Below are positions 17,610 to 27,362 of a stretch of DNA of 64,000 nucleotides, in pieces. The translations under genes and the position numbers were made by a program. Under the pieces are notes generated by a model. It worked only from the letters and a program-made list of their open reading frames with translations, ran no database searches and had not been told where the DNA came from. Every line of letters begins with the position of its first letter. Position 1 is the first letter of the stretch. The stretch comes from Polyangiales bacterium (GTDB lineage: Bacteria > Myxococcota_A > Polyangia > Polyangiales > Houyiibacteriaceae), in the NCBI GenBank assembly GCA_041576815.1, contig JBFGKE010000014.1, positions 8,390 to 72,389 of the forward strand, written 5' to 3'.

Positions 17610-18788
17610 TCAGTATCGGCGTCGCTTCGGAGGAACCGGCATGTCCCACGGCGTTCCCATCAAGGCGAGCTTGATGCGTTGAAGCCGACTCGGTTGGGGA
17701 CGCTCCGGACGAAGGGGGAGCTCGTGCTCTTCGATCAGACCGGAGTCGAGACCCTCGATCAGCTCGAGCCTCCCGTACGGTCGCAGCAGCGCATTGACGG
17801 CTTCGCGATTGGGTGGTGCGAGGCCGCGATACGCGTCCTGGAGCACTTGAAGGCAAAACACCCGGTAGCGCACCACCCTGAGGTTTCGATACACCACCCC
17901 GTGCGCGCGATGATCGAGCCGCTTTTCACCCGCGGCCCAGGCCCGTGCGTTCGCGATCAAGAACGGCCAGTAGGACTGTGCGATCTCGCGGAGGAAGTAT
18001 GCCCAACCCGGCTGTGAGAAATCGCCGAGAGTCGGCTCCCGTCCAAGACGATGTGCACGCGCGTTCCATATGCGGCCCACCCACGCGAAGACTGCAGGGG
18101 CGCGCTCTTCCATGATCCGGCTTGGCGTCGGGTCTTGCGCGTAGTGCCGAAACATCGGACCGAACAAACCGAAGTCTACGAGCGTTGGGTGGCTGCCTAG
18201 AAGGTAGGGTTGCTCCTCCAGCAAGACGCTCATGCTGTCGAGGAGATCGAGATAGCTCTGCGCGATGACGGGCTCGGTCTCGGCGCTGAGGCCGTCGCCC
18301 CGGAGATAAGTGGCGATCTGACGGCGTCCATAGTACCAACCCGCAAGCCAGTTCGGCGCGGGGAAATCGTCGAGCACCTCGTGGCCGATCCGGCGCATCA
18401 ACAGCTTGCGCGACTCCTTCGGCTGCCAGCGCCAGTAGAGCGCCGCACGCCAGCACCACTCGTCGGCATAGTCCTCGACGAGCTTCGACATGAAACGAAG
18501 GACGGGGTCTCGTGGAATCACGGGCGGTTCGGGGTACCGCGAATCGAGCCACTCGATCATCGGCGTCGTATCTTTCAGCCATTGCCCGTTGGCGAGGCGA
18601 AGGACGGGTACCTTCATGAGCCCGGTTGCGGGAAGGATTTCATCCCGCAGCACCTTCATGTCGACGACGCGCCGCTCGAACGGAATCTCCTTGTAGCGCA
18701 GATAGGCCTCCATCTTGCCACTGAAGTACGACATGTCAGCGACGTAGGCGGTGATCGGCTCCCACTGCGGATGTCTCGTCTGCTGCAT
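17610..18788 (-). CDS. GST-like protein (thioredoxin-like N-domain plus long C-terminal helical region)
   Basis: Trimmed from 17610..19058 to ATG 18788. YFSGKMEAYLRYKEIPFE...GLMKVPVL...MIEWLDSRYPEPP matches the GST N-terminal pattern. Confidence 0.6.
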   Translation of the reverse strand: MQQTRHPQWEPITAYVADMSYFSGKMEAYLRYKEIPFERRVVDMKVLRDEILPATGLMKVPVLRLANGQWLKDTTPMIEWLDSRYPEPPVIPRDPVLRFMSKLVEDYADEWCWRAALYWRWQPKESRKLLMRRIGHEVLDDFPAPNWLAGWYYGRRQIATYLRGDGLSAETEPVIAQSYLDLLDSMSVLLEEQPYLLGSHPTLVDFGLFGPMFRHYAQDPTPSRIMEERAPAVFAWVGRIWNARAHRLGREPTLGDFSQPGWAYFLREIAQSYWPFLIANARAWAAGEKRLDHRAHGVVYRNLRVVRYRVFCLQVLQDAYRGLAPPNREAVNALLRPYGRLELIEGLDSGLIEEHELPLRPERPQPSRLQRIKLALMGTPWDMPVPPKRRRY

Positions 18789-18887
18789 CCCGCGTCTCCA
18801 TTTTTCGAGCGCAAAGCTCGACGAATGACGATACCATGCCCGGCATCCGACAGAGGAGCTCGGAATCACGAGCGGAAGGAGTCTCGG

Positions 18888-19685
18888 ATGAGCGGCAATG
18901 AGGTGGCACTGATCACCGGTGCATCGATGGGTATCGGCAAAGAGCTCGCGAAGATCTTCGCGTCCGAAGGGCACGACGTGGTTTTGGTGGCGAGGAGCGA
19001 GAACAAGCTCCAATCCCTGGCGCAAGAGCTCGAGGCGGCGCACGGCATCTCGGCTCACGTCGTTCCGGCCGATTTGACGGATCCAGCGGCGCCCGGGTCG
19101 ATCTTCGGTTCGCTCGAGCAGAAACGAATCGAAGTCGACTATCTAGTCAACAACGCGGGGTTTGGGGCCAACGGGCCCTTCGCGGAGCTGCCGCTCGAGC
19201 CGCAGATGGACATGCTCCAGGTCAACATCGATGCGCTCGTCGCGCTCACGCACCTCGCGCTACGAGGCATGCTCGCGCGCGGAAAGGGGCGCATCTTGAA
19301 CATCGCGTCGACCGCCGCTTTTCAGGCAGGCCCTGACATGGCGGTCTATTACGCGACGAAAGGCTTCGTGCTGCTGTTCTCGGAAGGCATCGCAGAAGAG
19401 GTCAAAGGGTCCGGGGTGAGCGTCACGGCGCACTGTCCGGGCGCGACCGACACCGCCTTTTCGGGAAAGGCGGGCAACGACCAGAGCATCTTGTTCAAGC
19501 TCGGCGCTGCATCGGCGGACAAGGTGGCGAGGCACGCCTACAAGTCCATGATGAAGGGCAAGGTCATCGCGATCGAGGGCTTCGTCAACTGGCTGGCGGC
19601 GTTTAGCGTGCGTTTCTCGCCGCGAGCGATGGTGAGAAAGCTCGCGCGTTGGCTCAACCGCAGTCCGGCTACGCGTACTTCTTGA
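18888..19685 (+). CDS. Short-chain dehydrogenase/reductase
   Basis: Trimmed from 18210..19685 to ATG 18888. [29 protein letters not shown]. Confidence 0.9.
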   Translation: MSGNEVALITGASMGIGKELAKIFASEGHDVVLVARSENKLQSLAQELEAAHGISAHVVPADLTDPAAPGSIFGSLEQKRIEVDYLVNNAGFGANGPFAELPLEPQMDMLQVNIDALVALTHLALRGMLARGKGRILNIASTAAFQAGPDMAVYYATKGFVLLFSEGIAEEVKGSGVSVTAHCPGATDTAFSGKAGNDQSILFKLGAASADKVARHAYKSMMKGKVIAIEGFVNWLAAFSVRFSPRAMVRKLARWLNRSPATRTS

Positions 19686-20877
19686 GCTCGAGGCGTGCGA
19701 CCATGCCGCGGTGCACCTCGTCGGGCCCATCGGCGATGCGGAGCGCGCGCGCCATGGCGAGCAGGCGGGTGAGCTCGGGATCGGACATGCCTTCGCCGCC
19801 GTGGATCTGAATCGCCGCGTCGACGACCGACTGCAAGACGTTCGGGGCGACCACTTTGATTGCGGAGATGTCGACCAGCGCGCCGAAGGTGCCCATCGTG
19901 TCGAGCGCCCACGCCGCCTTCATGGTCAAGAGCCGGGCCTGATCGATCGCCATGCGGGAGTTTGCGATGATGTCGCGATTGCCGCCGAGATTGGCAAGCG
20001 GCTTGCCAAACGCCACGCGATGCACGGCCCGCTGGCAAAGCCGCTCGAGCGCACGCTCCGCCGCGCCGATCGCACGCATGCAGTGGTGGATGCGGCCCGG
20101 ACCGAGGCGGCCCTGCGCGATCTCGAAGCCGCGCCCCGGCCCAGCGATGATGCTGTCGACCGGAAGACGCACGTCCTCGAACAAGACCTCGGCATGGCCG
20201 TGAGGCTCGTCGAGGTGGCCGAAGATCGGCAACATGCGCAGGATCTTCACGCCGGGAGCGTCAATCGGGACGAGCACCATCGAGTGCCGCTCGTGCCGGC
20301 CCGCGTTGGGGTCGGTCACGCCCATGAAAATCAGGAATGCGCATCTCGGATCGCCGACCCCGCTCGTCCACCACTTCTGCCCGTTGAGGACGACCTCGTC
20401 GCCGACGACCTCGCAGGTCGCCTGCATGTTGGTGGCGTCGCTCGATGCTACCGCCGGCTCCGTCATCGCAAACGCGGAGCGGATTTCGCCCTCGAGCAAG
20501 GGAGCGAGCCATCGTTCCTTCTGTGCGACGGAGCCATACTTGACCAAGACTTCGGCATTGCCGGTGTCCGGTGCGCTGCAGTTGAAGACCTCCGGCGCCA
20601 AAAAGCTGCGCCCCGTGATCTCGGCGACGGGCGCGTAATCGCGGTTGTCGAGGCCGGCACCGAGCTCCGCGTCGGGCAAAAAGAGATTCCACAGCCCGAG
20701 CCCTTTTGCCTCGGCTTTGAGCTCCTCGACAATCGGGGGGATCTTCCAATCCCGCCAATCGTCGGTGCCAGCAAGCTGGTCGTAGTAGAGCTGTTCGCTG
20801 GGGAGGACCCGCTCTCGAACGAATCGCTCGGCTTGCGCGATCACGCCCTTCGCCTTTTCGGAGTGCTCGAAGTCCAT
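19669..20877 (-). CDS. Acyl-CoA dehydrogenase
   Basis: 402 aa. [22 protein letters not shown], and C-terminal IHGGEG...[10 protein letters not shown] are typical of ACADs. Confidence 0.9.
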   Translation of the reverse strand: MDFEHSEKAKGVIAQAERFVRERVLPSEQLYYDQLAGTDDWRDWKIPPIVEELKAEAKGLGLWNLFLPDAELGAGLDNRDYAPVAEITGRSFLAPEVFNCSAPDTGNAEVLVKYGSVAQKERWLAPLLEGEIRSAFAMTEPAVASSDATNMQATCEVVGDEVVLNGQKWWTSGVGDPRCAFLIFMGVTDPNAGRHERHSMVLVPIDAPGVKILRMLPIFGHLDEPHGHAEVLFEDVRLPVDSIIAGPGRGFEIAQGRLGPGRIHHCMRAIGAAERALERLCQRAVHRVAFGKPLANLGGNRDIIANSRMAIDQARLLTMKAAWALDTMGTFGALVDISAIKVVAPNVLQSVVDAAIQIHGGEGMSDPELTRLLAMARALRIADGPDEVHRGMVARLELKKYA

Positions 20878-20957
20878 CGTTGAAGTCTATTACCGCAAGC
20901 GCGGAAGGTTTTCACGCCTGAAGTCCGCAGTTCTAGTGCTAGGTTCCAGCAGCACCC

Positions 20958-22742
20958 ATGGTGAACCCGAAGAACCCTCTGATCGACGACGGCCTGGTCG
21001 ATTTCCTGCTCTATTCGATCTTGGATGCCGAGTCGCTCTGCCAGCTCGACGCCTTTGGGCAGCATTCCAAGGAGACGTTCGACCTGTTCATCGACAGCGT
21101 TCGCCGATTCGCGCGTCAGGACTTGCTGCCCACCTACAAGGCGATGGATGAGCAGGCGCCGGTGTTTCGCGATGGGCGCATCCACACGCACCCTGCCCTC
21201 CCTGAGCTCTACGAGCAGATGGTCGAGCTCGGTGTCCTGACCGCACCGCGGCCCGAGGCGGTCGGCGGTCAGCAAATGCCAATGCTCTTGCACACGATGG
21301 CAAGCGCATACCTGATGGCGGCGAACCTCGGGGCCTACGGCTACATCGGTCTCACCGCCGGCGCCGCGCATTTGGTCGAGGCGTTTGGCTCGGACGAGGT
21401 CAAGGCGAGGTTCATGGAGCCGATGTACTCGGGACGTTGGACGGGAACGATGGCACTCACCGAGCCCCAGGCCGGCAGCAGCCTCGCCGACATCACGACG
21501 ACCGCAAGGCCCACCGATGACGGCCACTATCTCATCAAGGGGAGCAAGATTTTCATCTCCGGCGCGGATCATCAGGTCACGGAGAACGTCGTCAATCTGA
21601 CGCTCGCGAGGATCGAGGGCGCACCCGACGGCACCAAAGGCATCTCGCTGTTCGCGATACCGAGGCTTCGCCACGACGGTGAGCGGCTGGTACCGAACGA
21701 CGTGACGATCGCCGGGATGATTCACAAGATCGGATGGAAGGGGCTCCCGAGCCTCGCGCTCGAGTTCGGCGACCGAGGCGATTGCCGAGGCTGGCTGGTG
21801 GGCGAGCCCCACCAGGGCCTTCGCTACATGTTCCAAATGATGAACGAGGCGCGCATCATGGTCGGCGTCAACGGTTTTGCGACGGCGTCGGCGGCGTATC
21901 ACGAGGCGAGGCTGTACGCGCTCGAACGCAAGCAGGGGCGTGCCCTCGGCCAACGCGGCGGCGAGCCGGTGCCGATCATCGAGCACGCCGACGTTCGCCG
22001 CATGCTTCTCCGCCAAAAAGCAATCGTGGAGGGGAGCCTCGCCCTACTTGCAACCGTAGCCAAGTACGCGGACGTGTCCGAGCACGGCGAAAACGAGCAG
22101 AAGCGAGAGCGCGCAGGGCTGTTGCTCGACCTGCTCACGCCGGTCGCGAAGACGTTTCCCGCCGAGCGTGGCTTCGAGTCCAACACGCTCGCTCTTCAGA
22201 TCCATGGAGGCTACGGCTACACGAGTGAGTACGTGCTGGAAGCGTACCTTCGCGACCAGAAGCTCAACTCGCTTCACGAGGGCACGAGCGGCATTCAAAG
22301 CCTCGATTTGCTGGGCCGCAAGGTCATGGCGAAGAGTGGCGCCCCCCTGCGAGCGCTCGCCGAAGAGATCCACGGAACCCTCACGCGGGCGCGGGAAGCC
22401 GGTTGCGATGAACGGCTGTGCGCAACGCTCGAGGAGGCGCTCACGACGGTGGCCTCCACGACCGCCGAGCTGGGGCGGCGAGGCATGTCGGGAGACGCGG
22501 ACGGGATGCTCGGACACAGCTGGGACTATCTCGACATGTTTGCGACGCTGGTAGTCGGGTGGCAGTGGCTCCAAATGGATGCTGGAGCGCGCACGACTCG
22601 GGTCGCCGAGGACCGTAGGCTCGGCACCGAGGCGGCGGCGCGCTATTGGATTCTCACCGAGCTCCCCCGCATCGCAATCCTCGCCGAGCTGTGTAATGCG
22701 AACGAGGACTCGTACCTCGGCGCGCAGCCCAGCTGGTTCTAG
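20958..22742 (+). CDS. Long-form acyl-CoA dehydrogenase (about 590 aa, with C-terminal extension)
   Basis: TGTMALTEPQAGSSLADI, GSKIFISGADH, QIHGGYGYTSEY. Confidence 0.9.
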   Translation: MVNPKNPLIDDGLVDFLLYSILDAESLCQLDAFGQHSKETFDLFIDSVRRFARQDLLPTYKAMDEQAPVFRDGRIHTHPALPELYEQMVELGVLTAPRPEAVGGQQMPMLLHTMASAYLMAANLGAYGYIGLTAGAAHLVEAFGSDEVKARFMEPMYSGRWTGTMALTEPQAGSSLADITTTARPTDDGHYLIKGSKIFISGADHQVTENVVNLTLARIEGAPDGTKGISLFAIPRLRHDGERLVPNDVTIAGMIHKIGWKGLPSLALEFGDRGDCRGWLVGEPHQGLRYMFQMMNEARIMVGVNGFATASAAYHEARLYALERKQGRALGQRGGEPVPIIEHADVRRMLLRQKAIVEGSLALLATVAKYADVSEHGENEQKRERAGLLLDLLTPVAKTFPAERGFESNTLALQIHGGYGYTSEYVLEAYLRDQKLNSLHEGTSGIQSLDLLGRKVMAKSGAPLRALAEEIHGTLTRAREAGCDERLCATLEEALTTVASTTAELGRRGMSGDADGMLGHSWDYLDMFATLVVGWQWLQMDAGARTTRVAEDRRLGTEAAARYWILTELPRIAILAELCNANEDSYLGAQPSWF

Positions 22743-22755
22743 AGCGCCTCGGCGA

Positions 22756-23481
22756 TCATCGAACGAAGGGGATGCGAAGCCGCAGCAGGCGCATCCGATC
22801 TCGTGCAAGCGGCACGGTAGGGCTCTCGGGAAGATCCAGAGCGAGGCGAAATCGTCGCGCGCCAATGGGCTCGATTCGCCGGATTCGATCCAGCCGCACG
22901 ATGCAGCCCCTGTGGGACTGGAAGAACACCAAATCGTCGAGTTGCTCCGCGAGGCTCGCGAGGGTCCAGTCGATCTCGAAGCGGTCGCTGGCGGTGACCG
23001 CCCACACGAGCTCTTCGCGCGCCTCGAAGTACACGATGTCGCGGAGGTCGACGACGACGTAGGCACCCCTCCTTCGAACGGCAAAGCCCTGCAGCTTTGA
23101 GGCCGAAGACGGGCACGCACGCACCTCTGCCACCCGCTCGAGCGTGCGTTGCAACCGCTCGAGCCTAACCGGCTTGAGCAAATAGTCGGTCACGCGCGCG
23201 TCAAAGCCGCGAATCGCGCCATCATCGTGTGCGGACACGATGACGACGTCGAGGTCGGGCTGCTGTTGACGAAGCGCCTCTGCCAGCACGAGTCCGTCCT
23301 GCCCGGGCATGCGCAGGTCGACGAACGCGACCTCCGGGCGAGTCTCTTCACAGAGCCGTTGGGCCTCCGAAGCAGACGGCGCCTCGCCAACGACTTCGAC
23401 GCTTTGGCACTGGCCGAGCAGGAAAGCGAGCTCGTCGCGTGCTAGCGGCTCGTCGTCGACGATGATCGCACGAAGTGTCAC
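22756..23481 (-). CDS. Response regulator with LytTR DNA-binding domain
   Basis: Trimmed from 22756..24444 to GTG 23481, which overlaps the fni stop (GTGA). Receiver: IIVDDEPLARDEL...FVDLRMPG...YLLKP. LytTR: DIVYFEAREELVWAV...FFQSHRGCIVRLDRI. Confidence 0.85.
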   Translation of the reverse strand: MTLRAIIVDDEPLARDELAFLLGQCQSVEVVGEAPSASEAQRLCEETRPEVAFVDLRMPGQDGLVLAEALRQQQPDLDVVIVSAHDDGAIRGFDARVTDYLLKPVRLERLQRTLERVAEVRACPSSASKLQGFAVRRRGAYVVVDLRDIVYFEAREELVWAVTASDRFEIDWTLASLAEQLDDLVFFQSHRGCIVRLDRIRRIEPIGARRFRLALDLPESPTVPLARDRMRLLRLRIPFVR

Positions 23482-24575
23482 GGGGTGTCCCCAGAGACCC
23501 TCAACCAGGCGTCGAGCTCGCCCGTCACCACGCGAGGCGCGCGGTGGAGCTCTGCGACCGTCCGCGCGCCCGTGAGCAGCATCACGGCGCGCAGCTCTCC
23601 AATCACTTCGTCGAGCCGCTCTCGGAGTCCTACTTCGCCGCCGTTCACGAACGCTTGCAAGACCGGTCTTGCGATCCCGCCTGCGTGGGCACCGAGCGCA
23701 ATCGCGCGGGCGACATCGAGCCCCGAGCGAATACCGCCCGTTGCGACGACGGTCATCGAGGCACGCGCTGCATACCGCACCGAAGCGGCGGTTGGGATTC
23801 CCCAATCCCAGAGCTCGCGCCCCAAGCTCCGCCGGGATCCTTGGGCACGCAGCGTCTCGACACCGACCCACGAGGTCCCTCCCGAGCCCGACGTGTCGAC
23901 GTAACGGATGCCCGCCGAGGCGAGCTTTTCGATCGTTTGCGGGCTCAGCCCATTGCCGGTTTCCTTGGCAATGACCGGGAATGGAAGCTCTTTGCAGAGC
24001 CGTTCGAGGGTCTTTACGCAGCCGCGGAAGTCGCGATCGCCCTCGGCTTGAATGAGCTCCATGGCAGGATTGAGATGTACGCAGAGTGCATCGGCGCCGA
24101 CGTCTGCGACGAGACGTTCGAGGTCTTTGGTGGAGGTTTCGCGCGCTTGCACGACACCGATGTTGCCGAGGAGCAGCACGTCCGGCGCCCACTCGCGCAC
24201 TCGATACGTCCACCGAGTGCCGGCATCGCGTTGCATTGCGCGCTGACTTCCGAGACCGAAGCCGAGCCCTCGAGATTGCGCCGCAGTCGCGAGGGCGCGG
24301 TTGATCTCGGCTGCGCGTTCGTGTCCGCCGGTCATCGCAGCGATGATGAGCGGTGCCTGAAGCCGCCGACCGAGGAGGTCGATCGACAGGCTCACCTCGT
24401 CCGTCGCTAGCTCGGGAAGTGACTGATGGAGAAGGTGCACGCACTCGAGAAGGGTGCTTTTGGCGCGAAAGCCGACTTCGTCACCTGCACACAAATCGAG
24501 GTGGTCTGCTTTGCGGGCACCGATGTCCGCATTGCCTTCCGCAATGCTGGCCCGCTCAAGCCGTGGCGCGGGCAT
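23478..24575 (-). CDS. fni: Type 2 (FMN-dependent) isopentenyl-diphosphate isomerase
   Basis: RKADHLDL, APLIIAAMTGG, GLGFGLGSQR, GGTSW, VVATGGIRSG. Confidence 0.9.
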   Translation of the reverse strand: MPAPRLERASIAEGNADIGARKADHLDLCAGDEVGFRAKSTLLECVHLLHQSLPELATDEVSLSIDLLGRRLQAPLIIAAMTGGHERAAEINRALATAAQSRGLGFGLGSQRAMQRDAGTRWTYRVREWAPDVLLLGNIGVVQARETSTKDLERLVADVGADALCVHLNPAMELIQAEGDRDFRGCVKTLERLCKELPFPVIAKETGNGLSPQTIEKLASAGIRYVDTSGSGGTSWVGVETLRAQGSRRSLGRELWDWGIPTAASVRYAARASMTVVATGGIRSGLDVARAIALGAHAGGIARPVLQAFVNGGEVGLRERLDEVIGELRAVMLLTGARTVAELHRAPRVVTGELDAWLRVSGDTP

Positions 24576-25656
24576 GGCCTCGAAGCGTTTCGTACCGCCA
24601 CATGTCGACCGGCTCCCGGCGCCTGACGTCCTCGTCGACGTCGGCGGCCCAACGACCTTCCACAGCTCTGGGGCCGGCCGAGAGCTCGAGCAGCTCCGAC
24701 CCGTAGCCTGACCCGTAAGAGAAAGCCGCGACGCGCGTACCTTCGCTCAAACCGGCCAGCGCATGCGCAACGGAGATCCAAAGGCTGGCGGTGTACGCAT
24801 TGCCGCTCAGCCGGTTCCACTCGAGGGTGTCTTCGACCTTTTCTTGGTAGAACCGCTCCGCGTCGAGCGGCGACCACCCCGCACGTTCACCGAAGTGGAG
24901 AACCGCCTTCTTGACCATCTTGGGAAACGGGACGTGAAAGCAGATCCGACGGTACTCGGACAGCGCTGTCTTCGGATCGCGCTCACCGATGAGCTTGCCA
25001 AAGCACTCGCTGACGGCTTCGCGGTAGCAGTCGAGGCTCAACTGCCCGTCGACCGACGGAAACGCGTCGCCGACGGGTCGCCAGAAATCAAACGCGGGTT
25101 TGCTGAACGGAAACGAAGTCGGCGCGATCTCGGCTACCAACGGCTCGTCGACGATCATCGCAACGGCGCCCGCACCTTGGGTCGGCTCGCCCGGATCGCC
25201 GGGCGCGTAGAGCGCGACGTCCGAAGCGATCACGAGCGCGGCCTTTCCTGCACCTGCGCCGGACCATTTCCACTCGAGCGCTTGGCGTAACGCGAGCGTA
25301 CCGCCGTAGCAGGCGTGTTTCACCTCGTACGAACGAATGGCGCCCGACAGGCCCAACTCCGCGGCGACCCATGCGCTCAGCGGACGGCTCATGTCCTTTG
25401 CGCTTTCGGTTCCGACCGCGATCAGACCGATGTCCACAGCCGACCCCTTCCAGCGCGAAAGCGCCCTTTTCGCGGCTCCAACGGCCAGTGTAACCGCGTC
25501 CTCGCCCGGCGGACAAAGCGCGATGTCTCGGCAGTCTAGCCCCTTCGTGAACTTGTCGGGGTCCACTCGTCGAAGCTCCGCGAGCTCGGTAACCGGCATG
25601 AAAAGCGGGGGTAGCTGAAGTCCGATCGATGCAATGCCTGCGCGCTTGTCGTTCAT
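24556..25656 (-). CDS. mvaS: Hydroxymethylglutaryl-CoA synthase
   Basis: Trimmed to ATG 25656, which is preceded by GGGAGG. Thiolase-like: AGIASIGLQLP, EDAVTLAVGAA, KHACYGGT, SYGSGYGS. Overlaps the fni start by 20 nt. Confidence 0.9.
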   Translation of the reverse strand: MNDKRAGIASIGLQLPPLFMPVTELAELRRVDPDKFTKGLDCRDIALCPPGEDAVTLAVGAAKRALSRWKGSAVDIGLIAVGTESAKDMSRPLSAWVAAELGLSGAIRSYEVKHACYGGTLALRQALEWKWSGAGAGKAALVIASDVALYAPGDPGEPTQGAGAVAMIVDEPLVAEIAPTSFPFSKPAFDFWRPVGDAFPSVDGQLSLDCYREAVSECFGKLIGERDPKTALSEYRRICFHVPFPKMVKKAVLHFGERAGWSPLDAERFYQEKVEDTLEWNRLSGNAYTASLWISVAHALAGLSEGTRVAAFSYGSGYGSELLELSAGPRAVEGRWAADVDEDVRRREPVDMWRYETLRGHARATA

Positions 25657-25982
25657 TGATTTGCCTCCCGTATCGTGGTGACCACGCAAGTCTATGTACT
25701 GCCTCGCGTGAACGATGAACGTAAAAAGATGTGACTCGTTCGTGAAGTTGGATCAGCGGTTCACACTGAACGTTGAACCGAGATCAACAGCGATCGATGT
25801 CGACTAAGCCAACGCAAAGTAAAGTTGTGCACGTGTCGCCGTCGATCCAAGACGACACGCTGTAAAGATTCGGAACACGTCGAACCGTTCGTGTGCGGAT
25901 TGGGACGATCGAACCAGCGCGACGATCCGCCGAGCCGATTGTTCTAGCGACCGCAGACCGGCGCTGGATACTGACATGCGAG
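25657..25982. promoter_or_regulatory. Divergent promoter region (mvaS operon / sterol operon) packed with TGAACG/CGTTCR repeats
   Basis: Lower GC than its flanks. tgaacgatgaacg (25709-25721), cgttcgtg (25737-25744), cggttcacactgaacgttgaaccg (25757-25780, nested palindromes), ccgttcgtg (25885-25893). Confidence 0.55.
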
Positions 25983-27362
25983 ATGGAATCGTTTCGCGAC
26001 GAGATCTCGATGGGGGGGATCAAAAATCACTACGACGCCGTAGTCGTTGGCGCCGGTCCAGGCGGTTGTGCGGCGGCGGCATCCCTTGCAGTGCGTGGCG
26101 CGACGGTGTTGCTCGTCGAGTCGAATCCGCGGGCGGCGCGTCGATTTGCAGGCGAGTGGATCCACCCTGCAGGCGTTCGGGTCCTGCGAGAGCTCGGGCT
26201 TCTCGATGAGCTTCGTCCCAGCGTTTCGTCCCACGGCTTCGCAGTGCTGCCGAACGACGGGCTCGGACCGATCGAGCTCGACTATCCCGACGGCGAAGGG
26301 CTGTGCTGCGAGCACGCGACGCTGGTTCGGCACGTTCGCAAGCGCGTTTCCGAGCTGCACGGTGTGCACTACGTCGAAGGCGTCCGCGCCCGGCTCGTCG
26401 GCGACGGAGCGGTCGAGCTCGCCATCGACCACGGAGAACGGGCCCGGGTTCACGCAGAGAAAGTGATCGTGGCCGCCGGCCGATCGTACCGAAAGGCACG
26501 AGCGGTGCCGGCCGGCGTCGCGTCGATCTCCCAAATGGCGGGGCTCATCATCAACGATGCGGCGCTTCCCTTCGAAGGGTATGGGCACGTGATCCTCGGC
26601 GGCCCCGGTCCTGCGCTGGCGTACCGGATCGACGACCAACGGGTTCGAGTATGCCTCGACGTGCCGAGCTCGATTCGGCCCGGAGCGACGACGACGAGGT
26701 GGATTGGAGAGTCGTTCGCGGACGTTCTGCCGCGTTCACTGAGGGACGGCTTTCGAGACAGCCTCGCCCAGGCGCCGATCGTGTGGGCATCGAACTCGTT
26801 TGGGCCCCGGGACTACGACGGGGCGGGGGTAGCTCTCGTCGGAGACGCCGCTGGCTTCTTTCACCCCTTGACCGCGATGGGCATCACCATGTCGGTTCTC
26901 GACGCCCAGTCAGCCGCGCGCGACGACGCGCGCGAGCATCATGCAGCGCGTCGAGCCCGCGAGACACACGTCCCGGAGCTACTCTCGAACGCGATCTACC
27001 AGGCGTTTACTCGAGACGACCCCGGGTCACTCGAGATTCGGAACGCCATCCTTCGAACCTGGCGGGCCAACGACGCCCAGCGAAGGCGGACGATGAGGCT
27101 GCTGGCGGCAGACGACACCAACAGGGCCGAGTTTCTACGCGCGTTCGCCATCGTTGCGGCGAGAGCCGGAGTGCACGCAGCCGCGCGCAATCCAGAGGCT
27201 CTGCCTGGGTTGGTGAATTGGCTTCGCTGGCCGTGGGCGAGCCTGCACGCACATCGCGAGGTGCGCCGTCGATCGGTTTCTTGGGCGGCGCCGGAGTCGT
27301 GGAGCACACGGGGACGGATCGGCCCGCTCATCGCGGGGAGGGAGAGGCAGCATGCAAACTGA
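25983..27362 (+). CDS. FAD-dependent squalene monooxygenase (epoxidase)-like enzyme
   Basis: DAVVVGAGPGG dinucleotide fold. FAGEWIHPAG resembles the squalene-epoxidase GELLQPGG. VALVGDAAGFFHPLTAMGITM resembles GDA.NMRHPLTGGGMT. Start ATG 25983 or 26010. Confidence 0.75.
   Translation: MESFRDEISMGGIKNHYDAVVVGAGPGGCAAAASLAVRGATVLLVESNPRAARRFAGEWIHPAGVRVLRELGLLDELRPSVSSHGFAVLPNDGLGPIELDYPDGEGLCCEHATLVRHVRKRVSELHGVHYVEGVRARLVGDGAVELAIDHGERARVHAEKVIVAAGRSYRKARAVPAGVASISQMAGLIINDAALPFEGYGHVILGGPGPALAYRIDDQRVRVCLDVPSSIRPGATTTRWIGESFADVLPRSLRDGFRDSLAQAPIVWASNSFGPRDYDGAGVALVGDAAGFFHPLTAMGITMSVLDAQSAARDDAREHHAARRARETHVPELLSNAIYQAFTRDDPGSLEIRNAILRTWRANDAQRRRTMRLLAADDTNRAEFLRAFAIVAARAGVHAAARNPEALPGLVNWLRWPWASLHAHREVRRRSVSWAAPESWSTRGRIGPLIAGRERQHAN

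Noticed and set aside
17566-17856. N-terminal extensions of track ORFs: 15850..17856, 17610..19058, 18210..19685, 22756..24444, 28011..29723, 9136..10749, 50584..52431, 53543..54826, 42656..44707.
   Set aside because: The extensions are low-complexity Arg/Pro/Ser-rich and overlap neighbouring genes. Internal ATG/GTG starts give canonical N-termini, RBS-like sequences or ATGA/GTGA coupling, so the features were trimmed.
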